Assembly: GCF_964355755.1 (NCBI RefSeq)
Contig: NC_092679.1
Coordinates: 22,489,432-22,553,431 of the forward strand
Origin: Antedon mediterranea
Taxonomy: Eukaryota; Animalia; Echinodermata
Length of the DNA stretch: 64,000 bases
Reading direction: 5' to 3'
Positions 24,536 to 37,451 of this stretch are shown piece after piece (positions within the stretch are counted from its first letter, which is position 1; each line of letters opens with the position of its first letter). Made by a program: the position numbers and the translations under genes. The notes under the pieces are model-generated. The model was not told where the DNA came from. It searched no databases and saw nothing but the letters and a program-made list of their open reading frames with translations.

Positions 24536-25650
24536 GATGACGAAATAAAGAAATATGTCCAATATTCTCAAAAAAAGTTTTGTTTGATTTGCATGCAAAG
24601 ATTTCAACAAAATAAATTCTTGTGTGACACAGGTTCAGATGCCACTTCTTTCTTTCAGCTTTAGAAATAAACTGTTCCAAAAGGTATTAAACACTCTTGC
24701 AAAGTTAAAATAAAAATGCACCGTCTCTTCTTCACTTTTACTGAAAATGACTGCTATAGGAGACTTTTCTCCTCCTGCCTGATCTAGTACAGGGCTTGCT
24801 TGAGGCTACAGCAGCTTGTGTTTTCACTGAAGCCTGGCTAGCTTGTTATTACACTCTTGGCATACCAACATGTCATGCTCAATCCGACATTTACGTCAAC
24901 AGTCAAAACATGTTGGGTATTGATCAAAAAGATTGTTTTTAGAAAATTCAATTAATTGGAAGCGATTCCTCCAAATGGAAATGCCGGAAATAGAATTCTT
25001 CGGAAGTTTCAACAGATAAAAGGAAACGGATGGACATCTCACCGTGAAGGGAATATAAACTTTAGTGATTGAGTTACTGATTATGATATAAATAGTTTGT
25101 CAGTTTACCAAGTACTATTTTAGCATATTTTAAGACAGTTGACTCATTTACACTAGGACGATAACGATGGACAACAAAATATACATTTTTCCTACATACA
25201 ACAGAAATCTTTTTCATCCTACTAGTATAACATAGGCCTAACCATTTATGCTGTCTTTTATGAAAATAATATTTTCACAAGTCCATACAAATAATGTAGA
25301 TTTTATACTTTTTTTTTCCCGCTTGCTTTTACCGCTCATCTGTGGCCTTTACAGAATTAAACTAAAAAGTAAAAAAGTATACTTACATGCCCTAAATAGA
25401 TTCCTGTCATGTTTCGTGTCTGCGTGCGTTGAGGCCGCGACGGCAGCCCATTGTAACTTAACATGCTACTAAATGGCAATTCAGGGTTAGGAGCAATGCA
25501 TTTCATGACGCTTTTGATAAGGTTATTTTAACGTCCATCTTGAAAACATGGCGACAGTCGTAGCAACGAGTCACTTTCTGCAAAAGTGTGCCTCACTGTA
25601 GATAATAAAATAAAATACTATTTACTGTATTAACTTTTTACTTAGCTTAG

Positions 25651-26320
25651 TAGCAAAAGTTCCCATTTAGTTATCAAAAGTTCCCATTTAGTTTTAACAC
25701 ACGTTCCCATAGTTTCCAAAAGTTCCCATTTAGTTTTAACACACGTTCCCATAGTTTCCAAAAGTTCCCATTTAGTTACAGTAGCAAAAGTTCCCATTTA
25801 GTTATCAAAAGTTCCCATTTAGTTATCAAAAGTTCCCATTTAGTTTTAACACACGTTCCCATAGTTTCCAAAAGTTCCCATTTAGTTACAGTAGCAAAAG
25901 TTCCCATTTAGTTATCAAAAGTTCCCATTTAGTTATCAAAAGTTCCCATTTAGTTTTAACTCACGTTCCCATAGTTTCCAAAAGTTCCCATTTAGTTACA
26001 GTAGCAAAAGTTCCCATTTAGTTATCAAAAGTTCCCATTTAGTTATCAAAAGTTCCCATTTAGTTTTAACACACGTTCCCATAGTTTCCAAAAGTTCCCA
26101 TTTAGTTACAGTAGCAAAAGTTCCCATTTAGTTATCAAAAGTTCCCATTTAGTTATCAAAAGTTCCCATTTAGTTATCAAAAGTTCCCATTTAGTTATCA
26201 AAAGTTCCCATTTAGTTTTAACACACGTTCCCATAGTTTCCAAAAGTTCCCATTTAGTTACAGTAGCAAAAGTTCCCATTTAGTTAGCAAAAGTTCCCAT
26301 TTAGTTAGCACAAGTTCCCA
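25651..26320. repeat. Minisatellite with core AAAAGTTCCCATTTAGTT and a 110-bp higher-order unit
   Basis: Variants of 21, 26 and 42 bp. GTAGCAAAAG recurs at 25781, 25891, 26001 and 26111. Confidence 0.95.
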
Positions 26321-28269
26321 GTTGTTAGTTCGCACAAGTACTTAATACAGTACAGTAGTTGGCTATTGAAAGAATTTAGACCTCTGACCTTATTGATTAA
26401 TATTATCAATTTCACTAGGCCTTTTATTAATATCAATTAGTGTCTACAAATACAATCTTATACCAATTTGTTTGTTTCTAATCCACACAATATTCTAATG
26501 ATCAAAGTCTTTTTAACATACTGTATTTTATATGTTAATATTTTTTACTGTTTTTATCCTTTACATGTTGAGTATAAATAGTTTTTTAAGTGAATTGAAC
26601 TTTTATTAGTGCAAAAACTCTATATAATTAATCTGTTTATGCTGTTTAAGGCTCATCCTTCAAAATTAACAAATTATCTTTAGTTTAGCTATTTTCTATA
26701 TGATGTATTAATAAACACATTCTTTGAATTCTAAACATACTTCGCTATACCTCCCATAGTTAGGCCAGTTGTCATGGAAATGCTTAACCTCATTACTATG
26801 GCGATATTTAACCTTGTTACGACTGAGGAGGGCAAAGTGGTGTACCTCATGCAAAGAACTGGATTCCAGATGGAAAATAATCAGGGCCCGAACTCAAATT
26901 ATTTTTCATGTTTAAAGCAGGGAGTTGTTAATAACAACTCCCTGTTTAAAGCAAGTAGACTTTGATCATGCCAATGTTTTGATTCCATTAATTTTTACAG
27001 TAACAATTAAATAAGTAACTAAAACATACTTTTAATTAGTTGATTGTGTAATTATTACATTTTGAGGATAATATTTTGTACTTTTATATAGACAAAGAAC
27101 GAATCTTTTTTTAAATTATTTATAAATTTACTTTTCAAAATTGATTTTCCTAATTATTTATTCATGAGTTTCAAAATATTAAGGTTAATTTCAACATTAA
27201 ATTTTCAATGAAAATTGTACTACAATTGAACTATACTAAATGTAGGGCATATATTGAAAAGGTCAAATGTAATGTCTACTACCTACCACTGACTACTACT
27301 AGCCGCCTACCTTGTATTTTTCAATATACCGGTTTAATAGGGAAATTATTAAATTTATTTCATATCTTTAAATTTATTTTCTAAAAAAAACATGTATGAA
27401 TAAATAAATAAAAATATTAAAGTATGAATGAAAAATTTTAGAAAATAATTTTTAATTCTTACTTTGTTTGTATTTAACAAATTTTAATTAGAAGCTGAGA
27501 AAATTTGGATTGACGAAATTTGGATTGACGACAGGTCCTCTTTATGGGGTACAGACCAGCAACAGTCTGTATCTTACTTATTAAATTTAATGATGGATGA
27601 GAGTGACTGTGACGTGTACTCTAGGCCTAGTCTTTAATTAATATTAATTGGTATAGTAGGTTAGGGCCAGCAAGTCTAGAATAGGCCTAGGCTATTCTAT
27701 AACAAAAATAAATATTAAAATAGTCTTTGGCTACAAAAATCTTTCTTATAGTTATACCTGTGTAGTAGCTTGTAATGTAATAAACATGATAAATAAGGGT
27801 TGCCAAGCAAGGCCTAATCTTTTATAAAAACAAAGTATCTTAATAATAAAAAAAAATAGCCTCAGCAAGCGGGCAAAGTGTTTATTATGATCAAGTAACC
27901 ATTGTTTATTGAGACATTACAGGTAAACAATGTCGATCTGTGGTAGGTCTAGGCCGCCTAGGCACACAGTGATAAGAGGGAGATACCCGATCTGATTAAC
28001 CCCAAAACAAACCAATGAAAACACAGTGGTCACACCACCACCAAACAAGTTTAAGTTGTCATGACAAATAAAACTTTTGTATCAATTTAAGATACTATAA
28101 ACATACATACCTAAACCATTTTGTGCTATAACCTGTACGAATGTAACCAGAAAACTTCACGATGGTAAGATGTTTTTAGTAACTTGTTATTTTGTTAATC
28201 AATTCTTCGTACAAAAAAAGGAAAACACGCTCACATTTTTCTCCAGCTCCCAAACCACCACACAGAGCA

Positions 28270-28330
28270 GCAGACCAATCGCCCTCATGCGGCGGTACGG
28301 TATCGAGGTGGAAATATGACGTCACAAAAC
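28270..28330. promoter_or_regulatory. Putative promoter patch (CCAAT, CRE TGACGTCA, CpG-rich)
   Basis: CCAATC at about 28275, TGACGTCA at 28317-28324, and a minus-strand donor (TTAG|GTATGT) near 28110. Confidence 0.35.
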
Positions 28331-29030
28331 AAAGTTATTGAAAATAATTAAGAAACTTTTTAGTTACTTTTAAAACTTCGTATAAAAACCAGTTCACTAG
28401 TTATGTGAAATATTTCATATTTCGATTTTTACTATATATTATTTACTCAGGAATACACTTTTTTCTTGTGAGACAGAGTTAAGAAATACATATTTACTGG
28501 ACAATTTAAAATATCTATGTAAAATAAATTGGTGTTTAATTTAAAAACGGGTAGTATTTAGTAAATTATAAAATACATTTAAAAGGTAATATTAATAATT
28601 AACTGAAAATGAAGATTAATTTCGAGTAACTTTATTTAAGTTCAAGATCTAATGGAAGGAATTTCTTTTTTGTTGATCCAAGAAAATTACGAAATAGGCT
28701 ACAGTATGTCTACTTGAGAAAAAGAAAACTGGGTGTTTGCGAAACTTCGTAATAATGTAGGTCTTTCTAACCATAAACCTACTTTCGTACTTTTCAATGT
28801 ATTGATCAACAAAAGAAACTTCACTAACTCATATCTTTATTGTTTAATATTGCAGGCTATAAAACAAAATTGGTTATTGGTATTAGAGGACACGGAACAG
28901 GATACTAATAATAACAACTAATCGAAATCGAATCAAAATATAATTATTTAGATTATATTTATGTATATTTACGTAGTTTATTTTAATATGAAACGATAAA
29001 GATGAGCAAATCTGTGAGAATGAGAAAAAG

Positions 29031-29068
29031 TCGCCCCAACCGAGACTCGAACTCGGACCGTCTGCTAT
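29031..29068 (-). pseudogene. tRNA 3'-half fragment (T-arm and acceptor strand), tRNA or SINE derived
   Basis: Minus strand GGTCCGAG-TTCGAGT-CTCGG-TTGGGGCG followed by ACTTTTT. No 5' half is present upstream. Confidence 0.5.
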
Positions 29069-29650
29069 ATTTTGATTTTATTTTGCTTGTTACTGGAAGT
29101 TGTATTTCTTTCTTTTCTACTGCTCACTATGTCGGTCGGCTGGTCGGTCGGTTGGTCGGTAAACACTAACTTGAGCACGCAACTGCAGCCGCCATAATGG
29201 CCTTGTTTTAATTAGAGGAACACACTTCAAGCTGGTGGTGGGGTGTCGGATATTATCCAGCATCACTTTGTTTTCAGCTTTTTTTTACATTTAAAAAAAA
29301 TTATTATTAATTTTACATAAATATTTATTGTCTTTTAATGTGATGCAAAATAATAAATCGTTATTAACTTTATTGATTGAGCTATGTCACAAACGTTCGT
29401 CCATGGATTAAAGAATTCTTTATCACAGACATTTGAAACGCGTCAGTCAAACCGTTGATGCAAATACAAAGAAACGCAACACCGTTCCGCTCTGCTGGCT
29501 ATTGTTGACATACATGACCTGACTACTCTTGCAGGAGGTTGTTTAGTAGTCTAGTTTTATGCTAATATTTCAGGCTAAATCGGTACCTGCAGGTATTGTC
29601 TTTTTCATGTACATTTTCTGCAATAGTAAAAGAAAAAAAGAGAACTTGAG

Positions 29651-30520
29651 ATGACGACTTTTATACCACAAATCGAGAAGCTTTCCTCTCGAATAATTCG
29701 AGTGTTGGGTTGCAATCCAGGCATGATGACATTACAAGGAACGAATACTTACGTTGTAGGTACGGGGCGCAAACGAATCCTAGTTGACACAGGAGAAGAG
29801 AAAAAACCAGAGTACATATCTAACTTAAAGAAAGTTCTTATGGAATCGGGATCAACCCTTCAAGAAATTTTAATTACGCACTGGCACCACGATCATACTG
29901 GAGGAATTGTTGACGTTATACGAGAATTACAACTTGACACGGATAATGTCAAAGTATCAAAGTTCCCGAGAAATCCAATTTTGGAAGAAAAAATTGATGA
30001 CGAACGTATAAAGTACAACTACCTGAAAGATGGCGATGTCGTAAAAACCGAAGGAGCCACATTAAAAGCAGTTTATACGCCAGGCCATACCGATGATCAC
30101 ATGGTTCTATTTTTAGAAGAAGAAAACGCTGTCTTAACCGGAGATTGCATTCTTGGAGAAGGCACAACCGTATTTGAAGATCTGTTTACGTATATGCAGT
30201 CGTTGGAGAAATTGATGGGATTTTCTCCTACGATATTGTATCCAGGTCACGGTCCTATTGTCAACGAGGCTATGGTCAAGATTCAAAAGTACATTGACCA
30301 TCGTAACATGCGGGAAAGGCAGATTGTGGATGTGTTAACGAAAAATGATAAACCGATGGAATCAATGGAGATTGTAAAAATTATGTATGCAGATGTCGGA
30401 GAACACCTGCATATGGTAGCCAATGAAAATGTCTGTCATCATCTATCTAAACTTGTCAAAGAAAATAAGATCATTCAATTGAAAGAAGGGGTTGTATCAA
30501 AGTGGAAAGCAAATTTATAA
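29651..30520 (+). CDS. LACTB2: Endoribonuclease LACTB2 (metallo-beta-lactamase fold), single-exon CDS, 289 aa
   Basis: Motifs RVLGCNPGMMTLQGTNTY, THWHHDH metal site, TPGHTDDH, GDCILGEGTTVFEDL and YPGHGP, plus a C-terminal winged-helix-like region. Confidence 0.95.
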   Translation: MTTFIPQIEKLSSRIIRVLGCNPGMMTLQGTNTYVVGTGRKRILVDTGEEKKPEYISNLKKVLMESGSTLQEILITHWHHDHTGGIVDVIRELQLDTDNVKVSKFPRNPILEEKIDDERIKYNYLKDGDVVKTEGATLKAVYTPGHTDDHMVLFLEEENAVLTGDCILGEGTTVFEDLFTYMQSLEKLMGFSPTILYPGHGPIVNEAMVKIQKYIDHRNMRERQIVDVLTKNDKPMESMEIVKIMYADVGEHLHMVANENVCHHLSKLVKENKIIQLKEGVVSKWKANL

Positions 30521-31394
30521 ATAAAAATGGCGTCATTTAGGGTACCGTATTCAATAAAAACACTTTTGAGATAAATAAAATTGGGAAAAACCTTTATTAA
30601 TAAATATGCTCAACAGAAGATTGTTTTTTGTATAAATTGTATTCATTTAATTAACAAGCTTTTTTGTTGAGTACTAAATTTTTTCAAAATAGTCACCAAC
30701 AAAAAAAAACATTACATCAAGGAAGCCAACAATCGAATACCGTATATAAATTATAAATATTGAAGAATAACTGTTGAAGGTAGAAAATACTTTGTGTTCA
30801 TTATTTGACCTGGACACGACCTTGATTGCGACAAAAGCCAACAAAATCCGATAATGAATCTGCTCCCTGGGATATAGATTTTGTGTGGTGCTTTATATTG
30901 GTGGCTCTTGTAATATATACCCATATTATGCCATATTATGCTATGAGGCGCCAAGTGTGTCAGTCATTAATTATAAATAAAATACTGATGTCATTTTATA
31001 AATATTGAAATTAATTCTAAATGCTGTATTAATGATGAAATTATAAGGAGCCATTACTGTATTTATAAATAATGATTTGTATAATTGTAATGTACTACAG
31101 TAAACCTAGGCCTATATCATGGATTTACTCCATGGCCTATATAATATTAAAATTTAATTCAGATTGCATAAAGGTATTTTTTAAATTAAAACGAATGATC
31201 ATACAATCAGTTATACTGTAATTATTTATACAGTATAAAGGTCAGACTGACCGACAGAAGAACCGAAAAGACGGGCATCTACAAAAATACGTCAGACGAT
31301 CCAAGAAATGAGGCATGTAAACGCGTCACGAAAAAGCTGATAAAATGATCCCACAATTCAATTCCTGTTTCACAACAAAAACATTGAAAATGCA

Positions 31395-34300
31395 ATGGAG
31401 AATGACGACGACGATCACTGCAACGAAGACGAAACACTTTACCCTTCAAATCGAGGATTAAGAATTGCCTTTGAACGTTGTCCATCTTGTAATACAACTA
31501 ATCGGCCATTCACCTGTCAGAATTGCATAATAAACGGCAATTATTGCCATTCAAATAATGATAATGAAACGTAAGTGAGCTAGGCTACTGCAGCTAGGCC
31601 AGTGAGGGTTGTTGGTGACAGCTGAAGCTGCAGGGCGCCGTCCAGTTCTATTTTTAATGGATGACGCACTGGCTGTGGGTGTTGAATCACAATAAATAAT
31701 GTGACATTATGCATACCGTACCTAGCTTCTAGCTACTTTAAATGTTAATGTTAAGCCCGAAAGATAGGTGTAACATTTAAACATATTGAAAAATATATAT
31801 TAAAAAAAATAATGTTATTAATTAATGATTAATTATTGATATTCAATTGATTTTGTAACTGTTTATGTAAATATGAATGATTACTGCGAAAAGTTGCATT
31901 CATGCAAGATTTTTAAATGCATATTTTATTGGCCCGCATAATCTACCCAATTAAAAAACATCCCCATCCAGCTAAAGTTTATTTATGAATTTAGTTAGGA
32001 GTTCATAACTGATAGTGGAAAAAAAGACGGCGCTAGTTCCGTTTCGCACCTGTTTTTATTTAATCTAAAGCTCTTTCTACACTATCAAACTAGTTTGACA
32101 AAAAAAGTGTGATGTGCCTGAATGTGATGTGCCCATACTGTATGGACATGACCATATTTGGGCACATCACACTTTTTTTGTCAAACTAGTTTGATAGTGT
32201 AGACAGAGGTTTATTTCTTTTTTTTTTTTCATTATTTATATCAGGTTTGCTAAAAAGCTTGAAAGATATGAAAAGCACAAGTCAGGAGAACATAGTAACA
32301 TTTATCAACAGTAAGAAATAAGTTAATTATTTGAATCAATAATACAGTGATGTGTAGCCACAAGAAGTAAAGTGATTTTTGGTCGATCATTAAATTTCTC
32401 ATATACCTTTACTATCTATATTTCTTTTTATAGGTTGTGTACTAAACTGGATGAGAGATTAATAAAAGAAGCAAAGGTACTGTGTAACATTTTATGACTT
32501 TGTAATTTAATTTTGGTTTTTTTTTCAAAATTATTTGTGTGGTTTGTATGAAATGAATGAATGATTTTGTATTAAAATTGTATCAATTGAAACGATTGCC
32601 TTATAATAACCTACTTATAATCTGATTTCTGTCTATTTTTCAGGTCTGTGAGTTAAAGCAACGTAGAAAACGACTGGGGTTTATGAGAAAAGCCATTAAA
32701 GAAATAAAAAGCAAGAAAATTGAAGGTAAATATAAGCCATCCATCGATATAAATAGACCATTACTGTATAATCTGTGATATAATCTCACCCCATAGAACA
32801 CGAAATTGGGCCAACTTTTTGGGTGGGACTGCTAAGCATTTCTTGTAAAAGTTCATCTGAACTGGCTAGAGAGAGGCCTACATCTGGGAATATGTATGTT
32901 TGTGTCAAGGATATACGGTATATTACCAATGATAGCCATAAGTAATTCCAAAGTTGGCAACCCTGTTGACAAACATACAAAAGATGTTCTACATATTAAA
33001 GCAAAGTCGTATTAAAGCCTTTTGGAGTGGAAGTGGCTTTTTGTGATGAGACCTGACAGGATTTGAACCCAAGATCCTGGTATTAGTAGGCAAGCATTCA
33101 CCACACTACAACTCCTCAATTATCAAATCCTCATAACATTTGTGTATATATTATATTTATTTTAATTTATTGTTTCTTGTTTCTATTCATAATCATAAAA
33201 GTTTATCATTTTCTTTCATAGATGAGACTGTTTTGAGTGCATTCAACGAAAAGGTCAAACAGTCTGAAACTAAAGCGAGGAGTCAGCGTCATAAACTAGA
33301 CAAGATCAAGAAATATATAGGTAAATACTGTTTAATAATAATAAATTATTATTATTGACATTTGACCTTGGGATTAGCTTGATTGTTCAAAGCTGTGTTA
33401 ATCAAATTTAATTGTAAATTAATTTTCAGAACAATTTAAAGAAAATTTAAGCGATAAGAGGTACAAGTTGGATGAACGTGAAGAAGAACTGCGCGAGATA
33501 CGCCAGAAACGAGTCACGGAACTTATCACGCACATATTCCCCATAGAGGAAACACAAATGTAAGAGGAGTCAATGCTTTTTTGTTTTTGTACTTTTTTTG
33601 CCATTGTCCTGTATTATAACACCTACTGTGAATGTTGAAGGCCAATGCATACATTTAACGATCTGAAAATGGTGACCAGGGGTAATGCTTTTGTTAATAA
33701 ATAAAATGATGTTCTACTTTTTAATATCTATTTTTGACCGACAGCTGTAGATGGCGTGCACTACAGGTTGGTTTCCAAACACTTACCACGTTCAAATTGC
33801 ATAAAATTCTTAAATTACATAAACTAAAATGAAGTCTGAAAATGTACCACCAGAAATCACATGCAATTTAAAACAATAACAATTATTATTACAGTACATA
33901 CAATATTATTATTTACAATAAGTAATACATGGTATGCAATACTTATTTAACCAATCAAATGGCATTGATACACATTACGTGTGTTATAAATGAACTTAAT
34001 CTCGTATTAGATCGTGGATGACCTGCATTTGACCTGAATTACATTAGGGAGCTTAGGATGCAGTACCATAATCCAGGAATTATATTAATCCTGTAAGCTT
34101 CTTCCAAGTCCTTCATGCATTTATATAATTCAGTTAATCCCACTATAGTGGTAATATCTGTTTTAAGCCTTTTTGGTGTTGATAGGATAAATCTACTATC
34201 CATTAGTGAGTTGGTATGTTTTCGGAAAATTTCTTTTATAGATAACAAGGAAACTGATGCTTTTATACAAAATGCATTTTCTGTTTCTTTTTCCTCCAGT

Positions 34301-36456
34301 GATTACAAACGTGAAGGCGATGACGAGACTGACGACCTTGTAGCGGCACTGGCGGAAGCGCGCCAGACCTCGTTCGTAAGAGGTCAATGGGTGTTTTCGG
34401 AAAACCAGAGCGAAGTGCAATATTTCATAGTTGTTGAGGAAGCTCTGTTGCCTGGTAACGGAGACTATTCAGCATACACTGCATGGAGTAAGTTGTCTTG
34501 CAAATAAATGATAACACATCTATTGTTTTGTGTGTATAAGTATATCTTCATTGTAATAAGTTCCACAATCAATATATTAAATATTGTTGCGGAACTAGGA
34601 GGCCTAATAGAAGGCCTACTTTAAGTAGTGTCTGTGTGTGACAGTGGCTGTTTGTGAACTAGTTCACCGGGGAAACCACCTACTTGCCTCCAAAAATATG
34701 TACTAGGTTCTATAAAGTGCACACAAGCATTTTAATTATGGCTACGTATTACTGTCTTAAGTGCTCAGCCACTCATTCGCTTCAAAATTGTTCATTTTAT
34801 AGCGTATGCCGACCCAAATTGGAATTGATGATACCATACCACGAGTTTTCCTCTTCATAAAAATGAATAATATATATTTATTGTGTGAAGGCTATTGATC
34901 TTTTACATAGCTCAGTTATACCATTTTTTATCGAATGTTAATAAAATGTTTTCTTGTGTTTAGTTGAAGCTAATGAGCCTTTGTTACGAGGTCCAGGAAC
35001 AGAAGTTGAATCTCGCAACCCAGCATTTCAGCTCGGGGCTGCGTTATGCTTCACTTCACACCTTGTCTGCCTACTGTCATTCTATCTTGGTGTAAGCCTA
35101 CCTAGGAAGCTGTGTTTTAGGTACGAACCATTTGTCAGAATTCGATTTTTAATTATTCAAAACTACCAAATACTCTCATTGTCTGTGCATGCTTTAAAAC
35201 CTGTCAATATTAGAAGGCTGTTTGGGGAAACGTCACTCCTATTAAAAATAAAAATGGGGGGTGGGCACCTATCTGCAAATCAAACAAGGTTAAATACATG
35301 TTGTAAAACAACAGCCAACCACTTTTCAGAGGACACTCCAATAGGGGACAATTTGTTGGGTCCTAAAAGTGTCCTCGATCAGCGCTCACTTTTATCCATA
35401 AGTTTGATTCATTATTGAAGATTTACTTTCATTAATTTGTTTTTCTAGTGAATTCTGTGGCAAGGATTTGAGCTCGTCAAGGTTCAGTAAATCGGTGGCC
35501 AACCTTAATGCTAACATCATGTACCTGTGTAGTTCCCAGGTAAAGCTCTACATTAAAAAAACATTTAGTTATTGCTATGGATTGCCAATAGCAAGTCATG
35601 TGATGATCTGATTGGAACACAAGAACATGATGGGGAGAAAAGCGATATAGCAAAAATTGACTATCAGTATATACCATTATTAGTTTACAACACACAATTT
35701 TAATGTTAAAAATTAATCACACCAACTATATTGATATTGATTACAGAATATACCTTCTGAGAAAATCCTATCATATGGAACGCTAAGGAATATACTGACA
35801 TTGTTGGATCCATCTAGCGGCCATCTTGGAAGGTAATCAAATATATTTTGTTTAAATGTTTTAAGCTTTGTCTACACTATCAAACTTTATGCGACAACAA
35901 ATATACCATATTTGGGCACATCACAGGGCTGTAGCCAGCATGAGACAGACGAGGCGCGCATCTCGTATGAAATTTTCAATTTGTTATTGCCCAACCCAAT
36001 TCCCCAGCAGAGAGTCATATTTTATATTAATAATTATATTTAAATAATGTCATTTATTTGTTAAAAAAATGTAATTTATTTTATTCAACATTTAGGTGTG
36101 GTCCATTTGATGTAAGCGTATTCTTAACCGAAGCCGGACTGCTATCTCCAGAGGTAGTTTTAAGCGACTCCGACAGCAGCGATATCGGAGAAATTGATGA
36201 CGATGAAACTGACGTCGCCAAAGCTGACGAGTGGGAAGACGTCCCTAAATCAAGTATTGTTACCATTCCGTTTCCAAACAGCCAATCAGCAATGAACTTA
36301 GGCCAGCAAGACGTGGCAACGAGGCGATCAAGTTTAAACGTTACCGCAAGCGTCCATACTGCTGGCGGTTTGGTGTCGTCCGCAGCAGCTTCGGTGGCAT
36401 CGCTCTGGCGATACACCACTGGTTCCAACTCATCCTCCCCACCAGATAAAAGTTGA
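31395..36456 (+). CDS. ATG14: Beclin 1-associated autophagy regulator ATG14 (Barkor)
   Basis: Exons 31395-31570, 32245-32310, 32434-32476, 32644-32724, 33222-33320, 33430-33559, 34300-34487, 34964-35120, 35449-35539, 35747-35832 and 36096-36456. Motifs ERCPSCNTTNRPFTCQNC, coiled coil, ELITHIFPIEE, LAEARQTSFVRGQW, LPGNGDYSAY, NLNANIMYLC and the BATS-like AGGLVSSAAASVASLW. Confidence 0.93.
32069..32210. mobile_element. Family-A MITE in ATG14 intron 1
   Basis: AGCTCTTTCTACACTATCAAACTAGTTTGAC...GTCAAACTAGTTTGATAGTGTAGACAGAGGT, flanked by TAA/TTA. Confidence 0.85.
33045..33115 (-). mobile_element. tRNA-derived SINE head remnant (related copy at about 52505-52577)
   Basis: Minus strand GTAGTGTGGTGAATGCTTGCC...GGGTTCAAATCC, resembling A and B boxes. 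The second copy reads GTAGCTTGGTGGCTAACATGCTTGC...GAGTTCAATCCC. Confidence 0.45.
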
Positions 36457-36857
36457 CGTTACGTACTGTTGTAACCTAGTTTATTTTTAATTCATGTAAA
36501 ATTCGAAACTTAAGAGTATGTTAACTGTGTTGTACATTAACTGTGTTGTACATTGACTAGGTTATCCATTAACCAGGTTATCCAGACATTGATCTTTGTA
36601 TAAAATTCAGTCAAGAATAAATACACATATAAATATTTATGCAGAGAATGTTCCTACTGAATCAATACTAGTGCAATGTTAGTGTCAAAGGTTACTTAAA
36701 CAAATGTTTATATTTAGAAAGCTGAAAATGAATACAGTTCCAACCTAATTTATCAATATTATGGAAATAAAACAAGAAAGGGAGCTTACGAACTTATTCC
36801 GGGAGCTTTCCAAGTACTGTAATCTACATAAATTATTTTCACAAACATTTTGTTTAA

Positions 36858-37451
36858 AGCTCAGGTACAGGCATGAATTTTAAATATAATATGTGGTTAA
36901 TTGTACATAAATCAAATATTTGTAACAGAAATCGAGACGAAAAAACATGAATTTCCCTAAATATGGTCAAATACAAAATTTGGCAAAATTCTTCCATAAA
37001 AAACAAAAAGACTTTTTTTCAGTAGTTAGGTAGTCAACCTAATGTAATAACATGTCTGGTGACTCCCTAGACGGTGAAAAAAGATGGTGGATATACAGTG
37101 GATAATTTTTGCTATAGCATGAAAATAAAAAGCTGAAGTTGAATAAAAATATCAGAATTTTAATATTCAAGTTATATTACCTATATTTAGTCATCTGATA
37201 ACATTTTTTACCACACCGTTTATTTTTCATAGCTTTTTAAAATGCCTCTCTATTTACACAATTTGTGTACAAAAGAATAGAGATTTTACTGTGTAATTTG
37301 AACTATCCCCCCACTGATAAGAAAGTGTTTATTTTTTACAAGCTCGTGTAACACAAATAAAATCCCAAAAATTATGAAACATAGGGGAAACTATAGATCG
37401 ATAATTATTGGAATGTATGATCAATAGAAATTTTTTGCCCGCACCTGGCCT
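36858..37451. mobile_element. Old non-autonomous DNA element flanked by TTAA (Kolobok-like)
   Basis: TTAA|AGCTCAGGTACAGGCA...TGCCCGCACCTGGCCT|TTAA, with imperfect TIRs. Confidence 0.45.

Noticed and set aside
29031-29068. Functional tRNA gene
   Set aside because: Only the T-arm and 3' acceptor strand are present; the D-arm and 5' strand are missing.
29125-29210. (GTCG)n-containing segment ending GGCCTTGTTT, reminiscent of Helentron/DINE-like elements
   Set aside because: It is too short and single-copy within the window to define boundaries or family.
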